This document shows, piece after piece, positions 40,266 through 51,472 of a DNA stretch of 64,000 nt (its first letter is position 1; each line of letters begins with the position of its first letter). The translations under genes and the position numbers were made by a program. The stretch lies in assembly GCF_009834535.1 (NCBI RefSeq), contig NC_045697.1:80044001-80108000 (forward strand). The letters are read 5' to 3'. The notes beneath the pieces are model-generated. The model saw only the letters and a program-made list of their open reading frames with translations, was not told where the DNA came from and did no database searches. The stretch is from Camelus ferus (Eukaryota).

Positions 40266-40539
40266 GGTTCTCAGTACTTCAGGAGGAGCTATGCACTGCA
40301 CAGCACAAGCAGAAAGAGGAGCAGGCTGATTCCAAAGAGGGCGATCATCCTCCCATCGTCTCAGAGGAAGACATTTCTGTCGGCTACTCCACTTTTCAGG
40401 ATTCCATCCCCAAAACTGAGGGGGACATCTCAGCAACAGAGCACCTTCCCCCGACTCACCAGGAGCACGCTCAGCAGGATTTCTCAGGGAAAATGCAGGA
40501 CCAGCCTGAAGAGTCATCTCTTGAACAGCAGGAATACTT
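40266..40539 (+). CDS. ANK2: ANK2 exon 42-equivalent (274 nt): [46 protein letters not shown]...LEQQEY
   Basis: ctcccctgtag acceptor, TT|gtgagt donor; hand translation. Confidence 0.95.
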
Positions 40540-40754
40540 GTGAGTTGCAAATGAAAACCTGTTCAATGTAATTCCAAAGAAGCAAGCCTGTGGGGCGAGG
40601 GTGCCAGGCATATACAAGCGTAAATTGTTTTCAGATAGTTTTTGAATGATCCCACCCATAACAAGTGGCAGAACTACAGAAAAAAAAAGCAAAATATCTA
40701 CGAGACATCATTGTGACGGCATTGCACCGCACAGGTCCACCTGAACCAACCTCT

Positions 40755-40900
40755 TAGTTCTGTAAACTTGGGCAAATGCCTAAGCCCTTTGAGTCTCGGT
40801 TTCCACATCTATAAATTATGATAATAATATATACCTTATTCATCTTACAGGGTTGAAGGTCCAGGGTATGTCTGTGAAAGCATTGTTTAAACTGTAGACC
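40755..40900 (+). mobile_element. MIR SINE
   Basis: cttgggcaaat...gagtctcggtttccacatctataaa. Confidence 0.65.
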
Positions 40901-42174
40901 ATGCAGTTCTTACTTGTACATTTGCTGCACCTCACTTCTCTCTGTATGTGCCCGTTGCACCCTGGCTGGTTCAGAGTGTGCACCCTGACAGTGTAGGTGA
41001 AGCAGCCCCTGTGTGGCTAACAATAAAAACAGAAATGCAGCACTAATTCTTCACACAGGATGAAAGACCATTGGGGGTTGGAGTGGGATCCAGAGATGTC
41101 TTCTAGAGAGCTTCCAGCTAAAGAAAGTTGCAGAGCATAGTCAGCTTAGAACTCAAGTTCTGGGCTTTCTGGAAGCAAAGGCAAAAGAAGTGACACTTGT
41201 CCTCTAGAAAAAGCAAATGGATCCTGAGAATGGCAGGCATGTCCCAGCCTCGAAATCTGAGAACAGTGTGTCAGGAGACTGTATCACAGCCTCTCCTTTG
41301 TCGAGTGGGTTTTATGCTGGGGTCACTGGAACCTGAGAAGAGGGTAAGATGGGTATTGAAATGATCTTTTCTTCCCTGAGCACCGCCCCTTAGCCCATCT
41401 ACTTTTAGACTTTAGGGGCGAGCATAGAGAAGAGGTAAGGAAAAGAAAGCAGGAAAAAGAAAAAGATGGGAAGCAAAGAGGGCTTATCAGAAAGGCACTT
41501 TGGGCATTTAATTTCTACAGAGTGACAGAAAATTAAAGGCGCAGAAACAGCAGATTTTTTTTTTCTTTTAGAAATTGACATGATAAAGGTTGCATTAGTT
41601 TTCCCCAAACTACAGCCACAGACAGAATTTCAATGCCAGTAGATCATCCTATCAAGTAATACAGTTTCCTGGAGGTATAATGAGAATCTCCCTGTATTTA
41701 TAACTATGATAACTGTATTAACATGGTGTTTATATATTGCTTTTGAAAAATTCTGCCGAATTTTGATTCTTGCTTCAAAAGCCTTAGTGTCTACAGATCT
41801 TTGTTATATAAACCTCTTTAAATCATCCAGAGTACCTTGAGTTATCGAAGAAAAGATGAAATTATCATGCATTTAATATCACTAATATTATTTATTATCT
41901 CTACTTTGTAGAGATTAGGAAATAGTAATACGTTTGAGGACAATATTTATCTTTAGAATACATATTTCCCAGTTAATGTTAGATCAGTGAGCTGTAACTC
42001 TGTATCTTACATAATGATTTCTATTCACATTTCATTTCTTGACCAACTTTACAAAACCTTTTGAGACTTCCATGGACTGTGAAGACAAGTCCCGTCTTCC
42101 CTGCCAGATTCCTTGCTTCAGCAGGGGCAGAAATGCATATGCTCTCGTGGCATAATTGGGCTTTTCTGTTTCAG

Positions 42175-42466
42175 CGTGACCACCCCAGGGACGGAAGTAT
42201 CAGAGACCCAAAAGGCCACGGCAGTACCTGGCTCTCCCAGCCAGACACCTGAGGAAGTCAGCAGCCCTGCCGAGGAGGAGAGACCGTACCCCCAGACCCC
42301 GACATCGAGCGGGCGAGGAGACTCTCCCATCGTACAAGAACCTGAAGAGCCCCCAGAACGGAGGGAGGAGGGTTCGCCCCGGAAAAGCAGCCTCGTGATA
42401 GTGGAGTCTGCCGAGGACCAGCCGCGGGCCTTTGAGAGGCTCGATGAAGAGGCAGCTTTTCAAAAG
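42175..42466 (+). CDS. ANK2: ANK2 exon 43-equivalent (292 nt): [14 protein letters not shown]...[10 protein letters not shown]
   Basis: ctgtttcag acceptor, AAG|gtaaaa donor; within ORF 42113..42625. Confidence 0.95.
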
Positions 42467-44811
42467 GTAAAATCTCCTCTGCTCTATTCCTTGCCCACCT
42501 GTAACAAAGCTACACACCTTTGTTTCCATTTCTCTGATGACTTATGTTTTCACTGCAAAACAAAAAGGGTCGCCAAGTTAATTAACCTGGGCCATGCGAA
42601 GCCCTCAGTCCCTTTTAAAATCTAGAAACCAGTGAATCTTGAAAAAGAAGATGCATAGTTCCTGTTCTAGCTACTTGACTGTAAGCCCTCATTTTATAGT
42701 CATAAACCCTTTTGCTAAGAAAAATGAACACTGGGGTGAAACACTGTACCTGACGTAGCTTTTCAAAATTAGTTGTCTTAGGCATGAAGAAAGCCCATGA
42801 CGGGGATGAACTGAGCCTCAGGTGAGACAGCCAGCCAGGGGGCAAGTGCCAGACCTGCACCCCTAAGTCTGTCCGTGTCTGTCTCTGCCATCAGGACGGA
42901 CACACAGACTGCGGGTGTCGGGTGGGCTCTACCTCCCAAAACAAATTTTTCTCATTAGAGGAAGGATTATTTCCAAGTGAGATCTTCTATTTATTTTAAG
43001 AATGACAGGAAAAAGACATTATGCCTAAAGTGATGGCTGGTTCTAAGTGTCAGAAAATCAATAGTGGCATGAGATCTGCATCACCGTCTTTCCTTCTTTG
43101 TCATCAGTGAGTTTTGACATTGTCCGGAGGGGTGGAGACCATCTTAAGAAACTCATTCAAACCATTTATTCTCAAAACATGGTCTGGGTGGTTCATATCC
43201 CTCAGTTTTAACTGGAGGACTTGATCCCTGCTTCCTCAGAACTCCTGAATCAGGATGAATCCCAGGTAGGGGAGGGGGACAAGAGTCTGCATTTTCTGTT
43301 TCTCCCTAGAGGACTCTCATACCCTTCCCCCACAAAGTGTGAGAATCTGTTTGAATTAAACTTAACTTAATGTAGATTAAATTAGATAGTATTTTTCATT
43401 TTTGAGCTCAAAAACTGTGTATGTGTCAAGGTTTTTTTAAAGCATGAATATATGTCTCACTAGGAAAGAATGAGTTATATGAAAGAATTAAAGTGTGATG
43501 CAACATATCTTTGGGCTTGAAATTTTTTTTTTTCACTATGAGTGTGACATCTGCTGACAGGATTTATCTAAAATCACAACTAAAATTAGGAGAGTTCCCG
43601 GCAGATGAGAACTATTCTCTGATTTTGGCAGTTATCTTAAATGATGAATTCATCCCATGAATGGATTTCTATTCCAAGTTTGCCTTTGTGCAGAATTACT
43701 CATCTCTCAAGTTCTTGGCTTAAGTGAATTCTAGTGAAAATGTTTCATAGATGCTGTCTGACTTAAACGTTGCCAATTTCAGTCTCAGAATCTCACTGAA
43801 GTATAGGTTAAAAACAGTTACCTGGATAATTCATACATTTAATCTGTTCTATGCATATAAATAAACTTTGATAAGTCATTCTGTTTCATTCTTTATACAG
43901 GCCTGTTCTGCTTATTCTTGTTGAATTTCCAATTATCTCTCCAGCTTCCTTTTTTGATCCTTAACCTCTCATAACCCTGACTTGAGGATCCAATTTCAAT
44001 CATTTTCCTTGCTGACCATATTTCCAGGCAGCAGATTCTTGAGTGTATTTAAAGTATAACCTGCTTTAGAACTTACACGTTTTCCTTTAGCAGGAAAGAA
44101 TATAGAAATATAAGTGGTATTTTAGTATGTTGAGAAAAAAAATTTTTTTTAAATAGCATTCCATTAGGAAAGAGTGATTCGATATATGGCTCCCAAGACA
44201 TGTTCTAATCTAAAATTATGTTATTAGCTCTGGCTCTGGCTTTGGGCCAGACGCATAAAATTGGCTTGACCTCTGCACCTCAGCTTCTCTACAGAATGAG
44301 TTTAATACTGTCCATAGCCTGCCTTCCTTGCTGGCAGGGAAATGCACTGCTGGCCAGATAATAGCCCCAGGAAGTTTTGACTTCCTGCAGAAAGTCCTGC
44401 TACAAGCATAAGACATTTCTTTACCTTTGGGTGAATCATTCTCAGCCTCAGCCCTAGTGTCCGTGGCTTTACTGTGCTGCTTAGGGCCCATGTTTACATT
44501 TGGTTATACCTCAGGAGATTAAGTCCAATAAATAATGTGGGGAAGCTGCTTATTTCCTCTGACGGATTTTGACAGATGGGTGCTCAGAAAGCTCTCAGAA
44601 TTCCAGAATTTTCTTTTTTCATTCAGTGAACAAAAAGCTATCTTCTCACTGAAGTTGGAGCCTCACATGCACTGTTTTCACCCTTGCTGGCTTTTTCACC
44701 AAAGCCTCCTTGAATAAAACTTTCAGAAACCAGTGTGAGCTAAAGCAGAAACCAGTAGTGAAGACATTCCTTAGTGCGATAAACAAAACAATGCTTCCGT
44801 GCTTCCACCAG

Positions 44812-44904
44812 GAGCTCACAGAGGAATTAGGTGAGCTGGAGGCCAGCTCAGATGAGGAGGCGATGCTAACTACCAGGGTTGTCCGCCGGCGAGTGATTAT
44901 TCAG
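44812..44904 (+). CDS. ANK2: ANK2 muscle-type alternative exon 43' (93 nt), obscurin-binding: ELTEELGELEASSDEEAMLTTRVVRRRVIIQ
   Basis: cttccaccag acceptor, CAG|gtacca donor, symmetric phase 0; TRVVRRRV motif shared with small ankyrin-1. Confidence 0.9.
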
Positions 44905-45387
44905 GTACCAGCTGTTCAGTTACTGCACGTCCGGGACGCTTGGGTCCCTGTAACCCATGGAGAGTGACTGACCTGGAGCAGAGGGCTCGGCATGCTCCTC
45001 CGGTAGTGCATGGCCTTTAGAAAGCAGACTCCTTCACCCTCCCAAGCTACGTTTGTAAAGAAATGCAGCAGTAATGATACAGCCTACCTCCAAGAGAGCA
45101 AGCAGCAAGAGCAAGATTTCGCCTCTTCAGTTCCACCCACCTCACCTCTGGCTTATCTGTTTTTGTTTTTTGTTTAAATTTTAGCTAACTTTGATCAGAT
45201 TTTCTAGCATGTTATTATCTACCTTTTTTTTTCTTTTAAACATACTACTTGACAGGATTTGGCATCTCAGCAATGCTTCTCAAAGCTCCTTTAATTTTCT
45301 AACATTCCTCGCATTATAAGCACCTGGGAGTAGTTCCTCAGCATTGATGCCAAACAGAGAAGTGACCCTTTTCTCTTAATTGTTTAG

Positions 45388-45471
45388 GGAGAGGATATGC
45401 CCGACATAACCCCAGAATCAGTCACTGAAGAAGAATACGTTGATGAGCGCGGACACACTGTGGTGAAAAAG
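45388..45471 (+). CDS. ANK2: ANK2 exon 44-equivalent (84 nt): [28 protein letters not shown]
   Basis: tgtttag acceptor, AAG|gtatta donor. Confidence 0.95.
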
Positions 45472-45581
45472 GTATTATCTTCAGTATCATAACTTGGTTG
45501 ATTTCAAACCTCCTGTCTAAAATGTACTAGAACCCGGCACTGTCACTCAAAAACAAGATGCATGAATACAATATCTTCCAG

Positions 45582-45746
45582 GTTACTAGGAAAATCATTA
45601 GGCGGTACGTATCTTCTGATGGCATAGAGAAAGAAGAGATTACGATGCAGGGAATGCCACAGGATCCTGTCAACATTGAGGAAGGGGATGGCTATTCCAA
45701 AGTCATAAAGCGCATCGTACTGAAGAGTGACATGGAACAGTCAGAG
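45582..45746 (+). CDS. ANK2: ANK2 exon 45-equivalent (165 nt): [19 protein letters not shown]...[11 protein letters not shown]
   Basis: tcttccag acceptor, GAG|gtgaga donor. Confidence 0.95.
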
Positions 45747-45969
45747 GTGAGACCGTCTGATTCTCCAGAACGGACTTTATGGAGAGGTGTAAAGTCGAGC
45801 TCACAAGAGAGGGACGAGATTGTTTATTCCTACTGGCCTCACTTCTCCCATCCATAAGGCAGTCTGCATTCAGTTAACATTCATTTTTTTGTTTCATGAT
45901 TTTGTGGAATGTTTAAATAACCATCAGGGAGATTTGTAACCATTGTACTCATTGTCTTTGGTCCTTTTT

Positions 45970-46083
45970 ATTTCTTTTTTTTTTTTAAACATTTTTTATT
46001 GATTTATAATCATTTTACAATGTTGTGTCAAATTCCAGTGTTCAGCACAATTTTTCAGTCGTTCATGGACATATACACACTCA
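45970..46083 (-). mobile_element. Short, 5'-truncated, probably young L1-type insertion
   Basis: T-run tail and tttattg; perfect 13-bp TSD tttggtccttttt at 45957-45969 and 46084-46096. Confidence 0.75.
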
Positions 46084-46866
46084 TTTGGTCCTTTTTCTTT
46101 CTTTTTGCTCTTTAATTAATACTTGACCACAGCAGAAATCCAAAAGTCAGATTTTAAAAGACTAGAATCCCACCGGCTGGCGAGCAGTAGGTTCTGGAAA
46201 AGCCCTGTGCAGACGCACCCAGTCTGCATGGCAGCCTTCTTTCTGGCACTGCAGATAAATGTTTGGTTTTCAAACTTCTGCATTTCAGAGTCACCAAAAC
46301 CAGGATCCAGAAACTCCTTGACTTAGAGTTTTATCTCTTCCTGTTTTACTTCCCTCTTTCAGAAACGTATTTACTCTCTCTGACATGTAATTTATGACGT
46401 TATCACTGCCTTGCATTCATTCAGATCCTGAAAGTGATACTATGATACACATGAGATTCTCTACAAATCTACATTTTCAGTTTTTCCTGTCTCTGAGAGT
46501 TCCTCCTTTGGAGGTTAATTTTATCTTCAGAAGGCCAAAACAAACCACTTAGACATGGGAAAAGAGGGTTCAGGCCCAGGGCGCTATGTCTGTGTTGCAC
46601 TGAGCAGTCAGCTTCTTAGTCACGAAACTTCCTGACCGATTTTCATTCAGGTGACTAATTAAGTGGTTGATTTGGTGCTGGGTAGTTGCAGTCATTATAT
46701 AGACATGACCAGCCGATTATAGATTTTTTTTCTAACTCTTTTACAAAATACTGTTTTCAGTGTATACCGTTGTAGTGTATGGGTGTGTTTTATCTTAATG
46801 GAAAAATTCATCATTGTTACATTTTGGCAGTCAGAAACTGTATGCTGTGTGTCCTTCATTCATCAG

Positions 46867-47049
46867 GTCACTGTGTCTGAGCCCAGCCTTTTGTGCAGTA
46901 CTTCACAATTTCAGGCTGAACCTGTGGAAGGCCGTAGAGTCAGCAAAGTTGTTAAAACAACTATGGTACACGGAGAGAGGATGGAGAAGCATCTGGGGGA
47001 TTCTAGCTTAGCCACTGATCTTCCTTCAGCCAAAGATGACTTTGAAGAG
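46867..47049 (+). CDS. ANK2: ANK2 alternative C-terminal exon (183 nt): VTVSEPSLLCSTSQFQAEPVEGRRVSKVVKTTMV...AKDDFEE
   Basis: ttcatcag acceptor, GAG|gtatag donor, phase 0-0; resembles rodent Ank2 long C-terminus as recalled. Confidence 0.85.
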
Positions 47050-47068
47050 GTATAGAAGCATCATCCTC

Positions 47069-47072
47069 TGTA

Positions 47073-47103
<31 letters not shown>
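47069..47103. repeat. (TG)n microsatellite ~20 nt downstream of the 183-nt exon donor
   Basis: Seen directly. Confidence 0.9.
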
Positions 47104-47589
47104 TTTATGTGTGCTTTGTGTTTGAGAAGAACATGATATGATTTATTGTTGTGTCACTATATATGTTCATGGATGGGTGCAGGATAATTTAAGAGAGTAG
47201 AATTCCCATTTGACTGACATACACAGTGAAATAGTATTTTCCTCAACTTATGGTGTTAATTCGTGCCACCTGAAGAGCTCTAAAAAAAACCCAGTTAACC
47301 AGGATTCTCTTGAATCCTGAGTCAGAATCAGAATCTCCAAAGTTGAGACATGATTGTACATCTTGCCTAAAAGTCCCAGAAGTGACTTGCACTCCCAATT
47401 AGTAAGGGAAAGAAATGTTGCAAATTATCTTTCCTAGTTGATAGTCTCAGATGTTTCCAATGATAGGCATTACAGAAGATCCAAATATATTTTATACCCA
47501 GAGATGTTTTAAACAAGCATTTGTAATTATTTAAGCTCTAATTTCCAATAATTAGGAAATGGGTCCAAAATAACATCCATGAACACTTA

Positions 47590-47914
47590 CTACAATTCAA
47601 AAATCCCCAATTTCTGAAAACCAAAGCAAATTTTGTGAGTTAGTAGCAAGCTACTTTGAAAGTAAAACTTAATGGGAACTGACGTGAGGCTGTAATGACT
47701 TGGTGTCTTTTTATTCTACTAGAGTGAATATTCATGTTTTGCTGTTGCTGTATTAATGGGTTTGATTACAGGATGCTGTCCCCATCCCATCTGGGATATT
47801 AGAATATACAGTATGTACATCATATTACCTTTCTAAAATCCCAAAGGAAAAGAAATTTGATATCTGAAACACATTTGGCCTCAAGAGTTTCAAGTAAGGG
47901 ATGGTGGGCATGTA
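47590..47914. mobile_element. Tigger4/MER46-like DNA transposon remnant
   Basis: ctgaaacacatttggcctcaagagtttcaagtaagggat...tgta resembles the family terminus. Confidence 0.55.
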
Positions 47915-48463
47915 CAAACATCTATAAAACACTCTTTTCTGTTGAAACATTTTGAAGTTAAATGTTACATGTTGTCCTCTCATACCCACAGTATGTGTTG
48001 AGGTTATGTGTGAATGCACTGGGATATTAAGAGCAAACCTTATTTTAAATACTTTCAGTTCTTCACATTTTGACAGTTGGTGACCTTGGACAATCAAATG
48101 ATCAATTATCTGAGTTCTGCAGTTTGGGCTTTATTTGTTTGTTGCTTGTTTTTGCCTCTGGTCATAATTCATTAAATTTATAATTAGAGTCTGCACTATA
48201 GAAAGGAATTGGGTGAGGCAAGGAGGAAATTAGAAGTCAACCAGTATAGTTAACAACACTTGTAAAGTAATACAACAAATGGGAGGAATATAACAGACTT
48301 GTTAAATAAAACTCAGTACTTAGATCTGCTCCTAACAATTGTTTTTCTTTATCCTCTCAAGCATATATTTTCATACTGACTACTTATTAAGCAAAGTAAT
48401 AGATTATGTTAAAATCTATGGTTTATGATGGGCTTTGTTTTCTTTTTTTCCCCCTCACTTTAG

Positions 48464-48555
48464 GCTTTGAGCTACACAGGTAGCCACATGAAAGTCCACT
48501 CCCCCAGTTTAGTAGAGAATGAAGTCCTGAAGGAGGATGGATCAATAATTAGAAG
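48464..48555 (+). CDS. ANK2: ANK2 alternative frame-switching exon (92 nt): ALSYTGSHMKVHSPSLVENEVLKEDGSIIR
   Basis: Strong poly-Y tract plus tttag acceptor, AG|gtttgg donor; ends in phase 2. Confidence 0.85.
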
Positions 48556-51288
48556 GTTTGGGTTAGCATGGGGTGATGCTTTGCCAACTAACACCTGTAA
48601 AAAGTTTTCTAATTTCAGGGAAAGGAAAATAGAGCCCCTGCGTACACCCAAAGGCCCCTTGGGAACTGCAGACTCTCCCTGCAGTCTAAGGCTTCTGTCA
48701 AGAGGTAGATCTGGCACTGTGCCATACCGGCAGTGTCCTCTTGATGCTTTACGAGTAAGACTAAGGCATGATGATAGTCAGATGACTGTTTACACAGTCG
48801 CTCCCTGTGTTTTCAGCAAGTCATCAGTTTCATTGAGACCAACCAGCTGGGATATTCCGTAGTGTTGATAGATTTGGAGAGCATTGTAAGAGGACTCTAA
48901 TCAGTCGCTCACAAATTAATCTTGTGACCAACTGCCTTCAGCTCAATCTTGATAAATCATTCCTTTGAATGGCATATGCTTTTTCATTTGTTTGAAGCAA
49001 GCTGTTTCATGATTCTGCATGTGAGTGGCCAATAACATGAGCATGAGTTTGATACCCATGAACCTACATGTATCCAGCGATGCTGAAACCAGGGGCCGTA
49101 ATAAGTTAGCAAAATATCATAAAAGCAGTTGGTGGCTCATAACTGTGCATATGAGAGGATCTGGCTGTGAGGCTCTCTGGTCTGCCCCCATCCTCATCAC
49201 CTATTTAATGTGTGAACTTGGGCACTGTTGCCTTGGTTCTGCCCTCACTTTTCTGAGCCTCTAGCAGCACTGTAAGCATTTATAAAATGTTCTCAGCTTC
49301 GCAGTGAAAAGACACAATGGGAATTGAAGTTACTATTGTGCTTTTCACTTCATTGAAGAGAAAAATTGTCATTTATAATACTCTACCAAGCTATTTTTTA
49401 GCCTGTAGAACATAATAATTAGAACAGTGAAATTAAAGGTTCTGTCACAGTTCTACCCTCCAACCACATGTGAAAAACAATCCCAGCTAGGAATTTAAGA
49501 GAGTAATTGCTCACAGAGCTTTAAAAGTGCTACATGAATTAAGGATAAAGTGCTTTTTATACTCTGAACTTTTAAGTCTTTTATCCAGTTGTTCAGATGG
49601 AACCACATAAACCACGCACACCCTGGCATCGTGAGATCTTCAAATGGGAATAGATTTAGAGACCAGTTACTTCAAAATTCTCAGTGACAGCTAGTGAATT
49701 TGAATCCAGGGGTACAGACATTTCAGTCCAGTTCCAGAGCTACTTAGTTATGGAAGACAATTTGTGATCTACAGCATTTTATCTTATATGTTGCTGAACA
49801 CATTTTATCATACCCACAGCTCCCCTGAGATATGTACAAGTAAATTCATCCCGTTGCTTGAGTCGGATACATATGCATGTGCATAAACACATTCATCTAC
49901 ATACTTGGGCACAAGACACCAGGGAATGTCCTCTCCTCTGACAGAAGCTTAACCCCCAACACCAATGCCGTAGATGTTTCTACCAGCTTTTGGCAGAAAT
50001 AGTCACATATTTGCTTTTTTGGAGAAAAGACTGTATATGGGTGCTGAATGGTTAGAAAACATATCCTGATTTCAACCACTGGAACTAAATTAGACAATTT
50101 TATCCAAAGGAACAAATTAAAGTTTGCTTTCAGATACAAAATAATTCACATGTAGAATCAAAGGAAAGAGGAGGTAAGAGAACACGAGAGGAGGAGGAGG
50201 CGATGAGCTGTCCAAAGGAAAGCTGGACGCGTTTTGGCTGAAGTCAGCCGTTTTCTAAAACTCAAGGTGATTTTAACAAATCTTTGACTCTTGGCCCCGC
50301 TACATATTAACTGGGTTATTTTTCACTTGGAGCTCTGCTTAAATTCTCTGAGATCCAGTTTCCTGATTTGTTATTATAATAATAGCACCTGGCCTGTAAA
50401 ACATGTTCACCACATCTTTGTGGAATGAAAAAGCATTATTTCCAAGTAGAGAGGGAACGACTCACAAGAGAATCCCTTTCAGGTAAGAACACAGGAAAAT
50501 AGACAGTACCGATAACCTCGGACGTCAGAGCCCCTTCTCTCAAGCAATCACCAGTCTGATGAGGGGGCCGAGAAAGCCGCAGACTGCCGAGTGGCCATGG
50601 GAGGCATAAAGCGGGCCTGGAGCATGGGCTCTGAGAGGACGGCGGAGAGATTTGTCTCTTGGTGGTTTCCCTTTTCCTCCCCTCCCTCTCCATCTCCAGA
50701 TGAGGCTGCAGGAGCCCGGGCAGACCTTCACCTCCTGCTGGTAGTCATCTTCCCGTATATTGATAGGGTCATCTTGCAGTTTTTATAGGTCTATGCCATG
50801 TGGAAAAGTTCTCTGAGAACACTTTTGGGCAGTTGGGAAGTGACTTATGGGTTAAGCTGGAAGCTGTGGTGTTTTAAAGAAATTTAATTAAAAACTATTT
50901 TCTGTACCCTGTCAAAAAGTACGTATGGAACAGCTATTTCAGAAGGAGCCACGTTCTCTTACATCAGCTCACCCTAATCAAAACATGAATGAGCCTATGG
51001 TTACTTTTTGAGAGAATCATATGAAAGCATGGTTTCACTTACTTGAAATATTTCTCAAAGTTAAAAAAAATACTCCTTGTTCCAAAACACTTGAAAAAAA
51101 AATCTCACAAGTCAGTGAAGATGGGGGAAAATGTGGCAGCAGTTGTTACACTAGCCCCCGGTGTAGAAATATCTAGGGGTAAGACAGTGAGCACTACCTT
51201 GACGTCATGGGTCCCCTCATACCAAAGGTAGTGGCTGCCTGTTAGCAGTGAAGAGAGAGCATGATATTCTCTCGTCTCTTCCCTCCAG

Positions 51289-51303
51289 GACAACCATGAG
51301 TAA
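51289..51303 (+). CDS. ANK2: ANK2 terminal exon, phase-0 reading: DNHE-stop
   Basis: ctcttccctccag acceptor; GAC AAC CAT GAG TAA corresponds to the human ...QSE-DNNE end. Confidence 0.92.
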   Translation, partial: DNHE

Positions 51304-51472
51304 AGCTAGAACCCAGAAGAGGGCTGTGGTGAAGGACCAGCACGGAAAACGCGTTTACTTGGAGCACCTGGAGGATGTCCCAGAAGCACTAGACCAGGAC
51401 GACCTCCAACACGACCTCCAGCAACTCCTTCGGCACTTCTGCAAGGAGGACTTGAAGCAAGAGGCCAAATGA
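51289..51472 (+). CDS. ANK2: ANK2 terminal exon, alternative reading after the 92-nt exon: (R)TTMSKARTQKRAVVKDQHGK...RHFCKEDLKQEAK-stop
   Basis: ORF 51248..51472 is in frame with the phase-2 end of 48464-48555. Confidence 0.85.

Noticed and set aside
50447..50482. 36-nt segment ending in a strong CAG|gtaaga donor, open in phase 2
   Set aside because: Acceptor is weak (AAG, little pyrimidine tract) and the peptide is unrecognised; such donors are common in introns
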